A stretch of DNA of 64,000 nt from NCBI RefSeq assembly GCF_009914755.1, contig NC_060943.1. One strand, 5' to 3'. The stretch is from the human T2T-CHM13v2.0 reference genome, Homo sapiens. A model generated the notes under the pieces. The model had not been told where the DNA came from, searched no databases, and saw only the letters and a program-made list of their open reading frames with translations. Shown here in pieces: positions 59,356-64,000 of the stretch; position 1 is the first letter of the stretch; each line of letters starts with the position of its first letter. The position numbers and the translations under genes were made by a program.

Positions 59356-59711
59356 GAGTAATCCATAGTGAGGATGTTAGGAACTATTATAAAATCATAA
59401 CTAATGATGGTCAAATGAAATATAAAAATAATAAAAATATATTATTTTCATTTACCAAAAAAGTGTGCCTTCTTTTCATCTACCAGTTTTCTAATCTTCC
59501 AGTATTTTCTGCACCTTCTGAATCTCTTTTCCTTCCAGGACCCTGATTTAATAAAAGTAAGACTTAATTATTATATACCTTGTGCCTGTATTAGCTTTTT
59601 TCTCCTCATTTTCTCCTGAAACTCTATTACAGAATTCATGTCCTCTTTTCCACTTGATTAACTTTTTGTTCCCTGTGTGTAATCTGATCTTTACATCCAT
59701 TGTCCTTTTAG

Positions 59712-60041
<330 letters not shown>

Positions 60042-60195
60042 CATTTTTTTTTTCTACAATAGTTTCAATCCTCTGCCAAAACTAAAATCTTCTATATGTT
60101 TTTATATACTAGGTATAGTTATTTTTTATAAGTGCCATATACTTTAAATCAGTTTTATTGTGGTATGAGTTATGTATGTAGTTTAAAATAAAATA

Positions 60196-60500
60196 GGCCG
60201 GGCACAGTGGGTCACGCCTGTAATCCCAGCACTTTGGGAGGCTCAGGCAGGCGGATCACAATGTCAAGAGATCGAGACCATCCTGGCCAACATGGTGAAA
60301 CCCGGTCTCTACTAAAAATACAAAAATTAGCTGGGTGTGGTGGTGAGTGCCTGTAGTCCTAGCTACTCAGGAGGCTGAGGCAGAAGAATTGCTTGGACCT
60401 GGGAGGCAGAGGTTGCATTGAGCCTAGATGGCGCCACTGCACTCCAACCTGGTGATAGAGTAAGACTCCATCTCAATAAATAAATAAAAATAAAATAAAA
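60196..60500 (+). mobile_element. Alu (AluSc-like)
   Basis: Dimeric Alu with (TAAAA)n tail. Confidence 0.9.
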
Positions 60501-60659
60501 TACATCAATCTTAAGGATGAAGTTTGATGAGGTTGGACAAACAAAACTGAAAGTAGAATATGCCCATAAGAAAAACCTCACACATGAGAATGGGCAGAAA
60601 CTGGAAAGGCTTTGAGAAACTGTTAATGAAAGCAAAAAGAAAGAACCTTGAAGAAATTT

Positions 60660-61682
60660 TTTTTCACTGTGTTAATTTATTTAATAACTGACAATTTTAT
60701 TATTATCACCGTTTTAAAGATGAGACAATTATAGCATAGAAAATTCAAGTAAATGCCCCATAACACCAACCCCTCAACCCTGTTTCTTCTTATTTCCTGG
60801 ACCCTTGGCCATATGCGTGGAATCTGAGAATGGCATCTAGTTGGCTTTAAACTCACACTAATGAAGCTGCAATCTGGAGGTCAGGAAGTTTCTGGAAATT
60901 GTTGCTGGTGATGAATTCACTTAGATGCGTACATCTACTGGTCTAGACATCACTCCACTGCTGAAAAAAGGCATCTACCTCCCTTCTTTATCCAAATCTT
61001 ATTTGAAAGCATATCTTTGGCAGTAACCAGACTGTCTTTAGGTGACTTTTAGCAAGTTGTCTAGGAAGTGAAATTGTTAGGTTTCCAGCCCCTGAAACAA
61101 AGGTAAGAGCGCAAAAAGAGGTAGAAATTAGTGCTGATTAGAAATAAACAATATCTACTACCACATATAGAGGACAGAGTGGGAAATAAACCCCATAATC
61201 TAAACAGAGGCAACTACTGCAGCTCCTATAAAGACTTTGGAGGCAGGGGTAGGTTCTATGATGCAATGGTATCTACGTGCCAGCAGATAACAAGGGCTAG
61301 TTGCAACTGTAATGTATATTCGTATTTCTTGAAGACTCACCATTGTGGGCTAAGAGAAGTTGAATGAGGGCCTCGAACCCAAACCAAAGCAACATCTCTA
61401 GTTCAAAGCTACTCTGTTTAGATGAATCTGCTTATACTATCTGTTGTTTCTATTTGATCTCATTCATGTGGTTCTGTTCCCTTGCATGCTGGATATCTGT
61501 GACAACTTGCTGGTCACTGTACCTGAAAAATTATTTGTGGATGCTCCCTCAGGCGTAAAGTGCCTCCAGAGTGGGTTCTCATTTACCCCTTCCAGGTATC
61601 ACCAGTCCAACCCATCTCAAATTGAGTTCATAATGTGAAATTCCTTAATTTACTGAGCTTATGAATCCAAAGCTTCCCATAC
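60660..61682 (-). ncRNA. Candidate terminal exon of a minus-strand non-coding transcript
   Basis: Strong acceptor ctgtttttctttttttcctttttatatttcaccag| at 61684-61683, minus-strand AATAAA at 60681-60676, largely unique sequence, no long ORF. Confidence 0.3.
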
Positions 61683-61826
61683 CTGGTGAAATATAAAAAG
61701 GAAAAAAAGAAAAACAGGGCTTTACCCCAGGAAAATCAAACCAGAATTTCTGGAGGTGCCCAAGAATTGGGATTTTAAAAATCTCTTTGGGTGATTTTAA
61801 GATGTAGTTAGAATTGAGAACAACCA

Positions 61827-62187
<361 letters not shown>

Positions 62188-62427
62188 CTAGACTTAAATA
62201 TTATTTCCTAATATGATCTTTAATTGTGGTCACTTATAGATAGCATTGACCATAAGCTAACAGACTAGAATCTACTGTTTTTTTCTTTTTCTTTTCACTT
62301 TTTAATATAGAAAAAAATCAGACATATATAAAAACAGAGAAAAAATATGAATAGATCATCATGTATTAATTACACCAATTCAGCAATTATCAGCAGTTTG
62401 CCAATTTGGTGTTAAGAAAAATTATCA

Positions 62428-62740
<313 letters not shown>

Positions 62741-62745
62741 CTAGA

Positions 62746-63499
62746 TGTATAGAGCACCTTTGACATACCTAACTCCATCTTAGAAAAAGACTCCATTTCA
62801 TTTTTCATAGAACACTTTGCCAACAGGATGTTTTGCTTAATAAACAAAAAAAAAGAATAAAGACTGCATCCAACCAGTTAAGGACATGAACAAGCACATT
62901 CTTCCATCATCAGTTCTCACCAGAGGACTCTGTGACTATAAAAGATTAGGGCTTCAGCAGCTTGAAACGGCCGTCTTAACTGACACTATCTTGTAGTTAC
63001 TCATGATAAGAACTTGGCATCTGCTGTGGAAGGCTGTGCCACATCAAAAACTCTTTCTTGCAAGACTGATGGACTGCCTAGTCCAGACTAGGACCTCTTT
63101 TGTCTTTGCCCATGGACTGGTTCCTTAACCCTTTCTCCTATCTCTTTTTCCTCTTGATATTAAATGTTACTTTGTTGTAGAATGTTTGACCAAGAATGTT
63201 TATATATTAAGTACACTATTGGCCAGGCGCAGTGGCTCACACCTGTAATCCCAGCACTTTGGGAGGTTGAGACAGGCGGATCATGAGGTCAGGAGTTCGA
63301 GACCAGCCTGGCCAACATAGTGAAACACCATCTCTACTAAAACTAGAAAAAATTAGCTGGGGATGGTGGTGCCTATACTCCCAGCTACTCGGGAGGCTAA
63401 GGCAGGAGAATCACTTGAATCCAGGAGGCAGAGGTTGTGGTGAGCCGATATCACGCCACTGCACTTCAGTTTGGGCAACAGAGTGAGACTCTGACCCCC

Positions 63500-63535
<36 letters not shown>

Positions 63536-63765
63536 CACTATTATATATGCTTTGCAGTATTGACTGACTTCTGGAGTATCTTGAACCTGTGTGCCTGCGG
63601 CTCTGCCTCTGGAGTGAAGGGGAAGTACTAAGGAGAATGCCTCCTTGGGAACTCCACATAGCTCATGGCTTTTGTTATTGAACTAGCATCAATAAAAGCC
63701 TGACATTGTGGCAAGATACAAGCATGTGTGCCCCTGGATATCTCTAACCTTGCACCACTCATGAA
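62746..63765 (+). mobile_element. ERV1-class solo LTR (family not determined), split by an Alu
   Basis: TG start, ACTCCATCTT motif, AATAAA near 63690 about 75 nt before the end, CTAG at both flanks. Confidence 0.6.
63221..63530 (+). mobile_element. Alu
   Basis: TSD AAGTACACTATT; long A-tail. Confidence 0.92.
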
Positions 63766-63855
63766 ACTAGGAAATAAGGAAAAAATATTATTTTGTTATC
63801 CCATATATCTTTGCAAAGTCATACTACAGCACAGTCTAACAAACTGTTCTAGGGA

Positions 63856-64000
63856 CTGGTTTTCCAACACTCAGCACCGTTTACATTTTGGGCCAGATAA
63901 TCCTTTGTTACAGAGGACTGTTCTCTACAACACAGAGTGGCTGGAAGCATTCTTGGCCTCTTCCCACTAGATGCCAGTAGTATCCTACCCCCATCATTGT
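63856..64000. mobile_element. MER20 (hAT-Charlie) fragment
   Basis: ACATTTTGGGCCAGATAATCCTTTGTT..GGCCTCTTCCCACTAGATGCCAGTAG. Confidence 0.75.

Overview
Repeat-dense primate (almost certainly human) genomic DNA from a KRAB zinc-finger cluster. I recognise it as the head-to-head ZNF569/ZNF570 pair (chr19q13.12, from memory of the protein N-termini, not a search). The complete ZNF570 coding sequence can be assembled on the + strand from four canonical GT-AG exons (33854-33886, 39380-39506, 39838-39933, 47378-48732). These total 1611 nt, giving 536 aa with KRAB-A, KRAB-B and 11 C2H2 fingers, followed by an Alu-containing 3'UTR that probably ends near 52150. On the - strand lie the 5' exons of ZNF569 (exon 1 donor at 30583, an L2-derived UTR exon, an L1-derived alternative coding exon and the MTESQ start exon at 8404-8461); its KRAB/finger exons fall left of the window. 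Two CpG islands with ZNF143/SBS-type motifs form a split bidirectional promoter. The rest is about 47 Alus, L1, L2, MIR, MaLR/ERV LTRs and DNA transposons, which explain nearly all short ORFs in the track. I see no new biological system in the prokaryotic sense. The best leads are TE-derived N-terminal and UTR exons, an upstream ZNF570 reading frame broken by a single TGA, a four-finger internal duplication, two LTRs sharing one target site next to the finger exon, and near-zero-spacer inverted Alus in the 3'UTR. Repeat boundaries are approximate and subfamily names are by eye.
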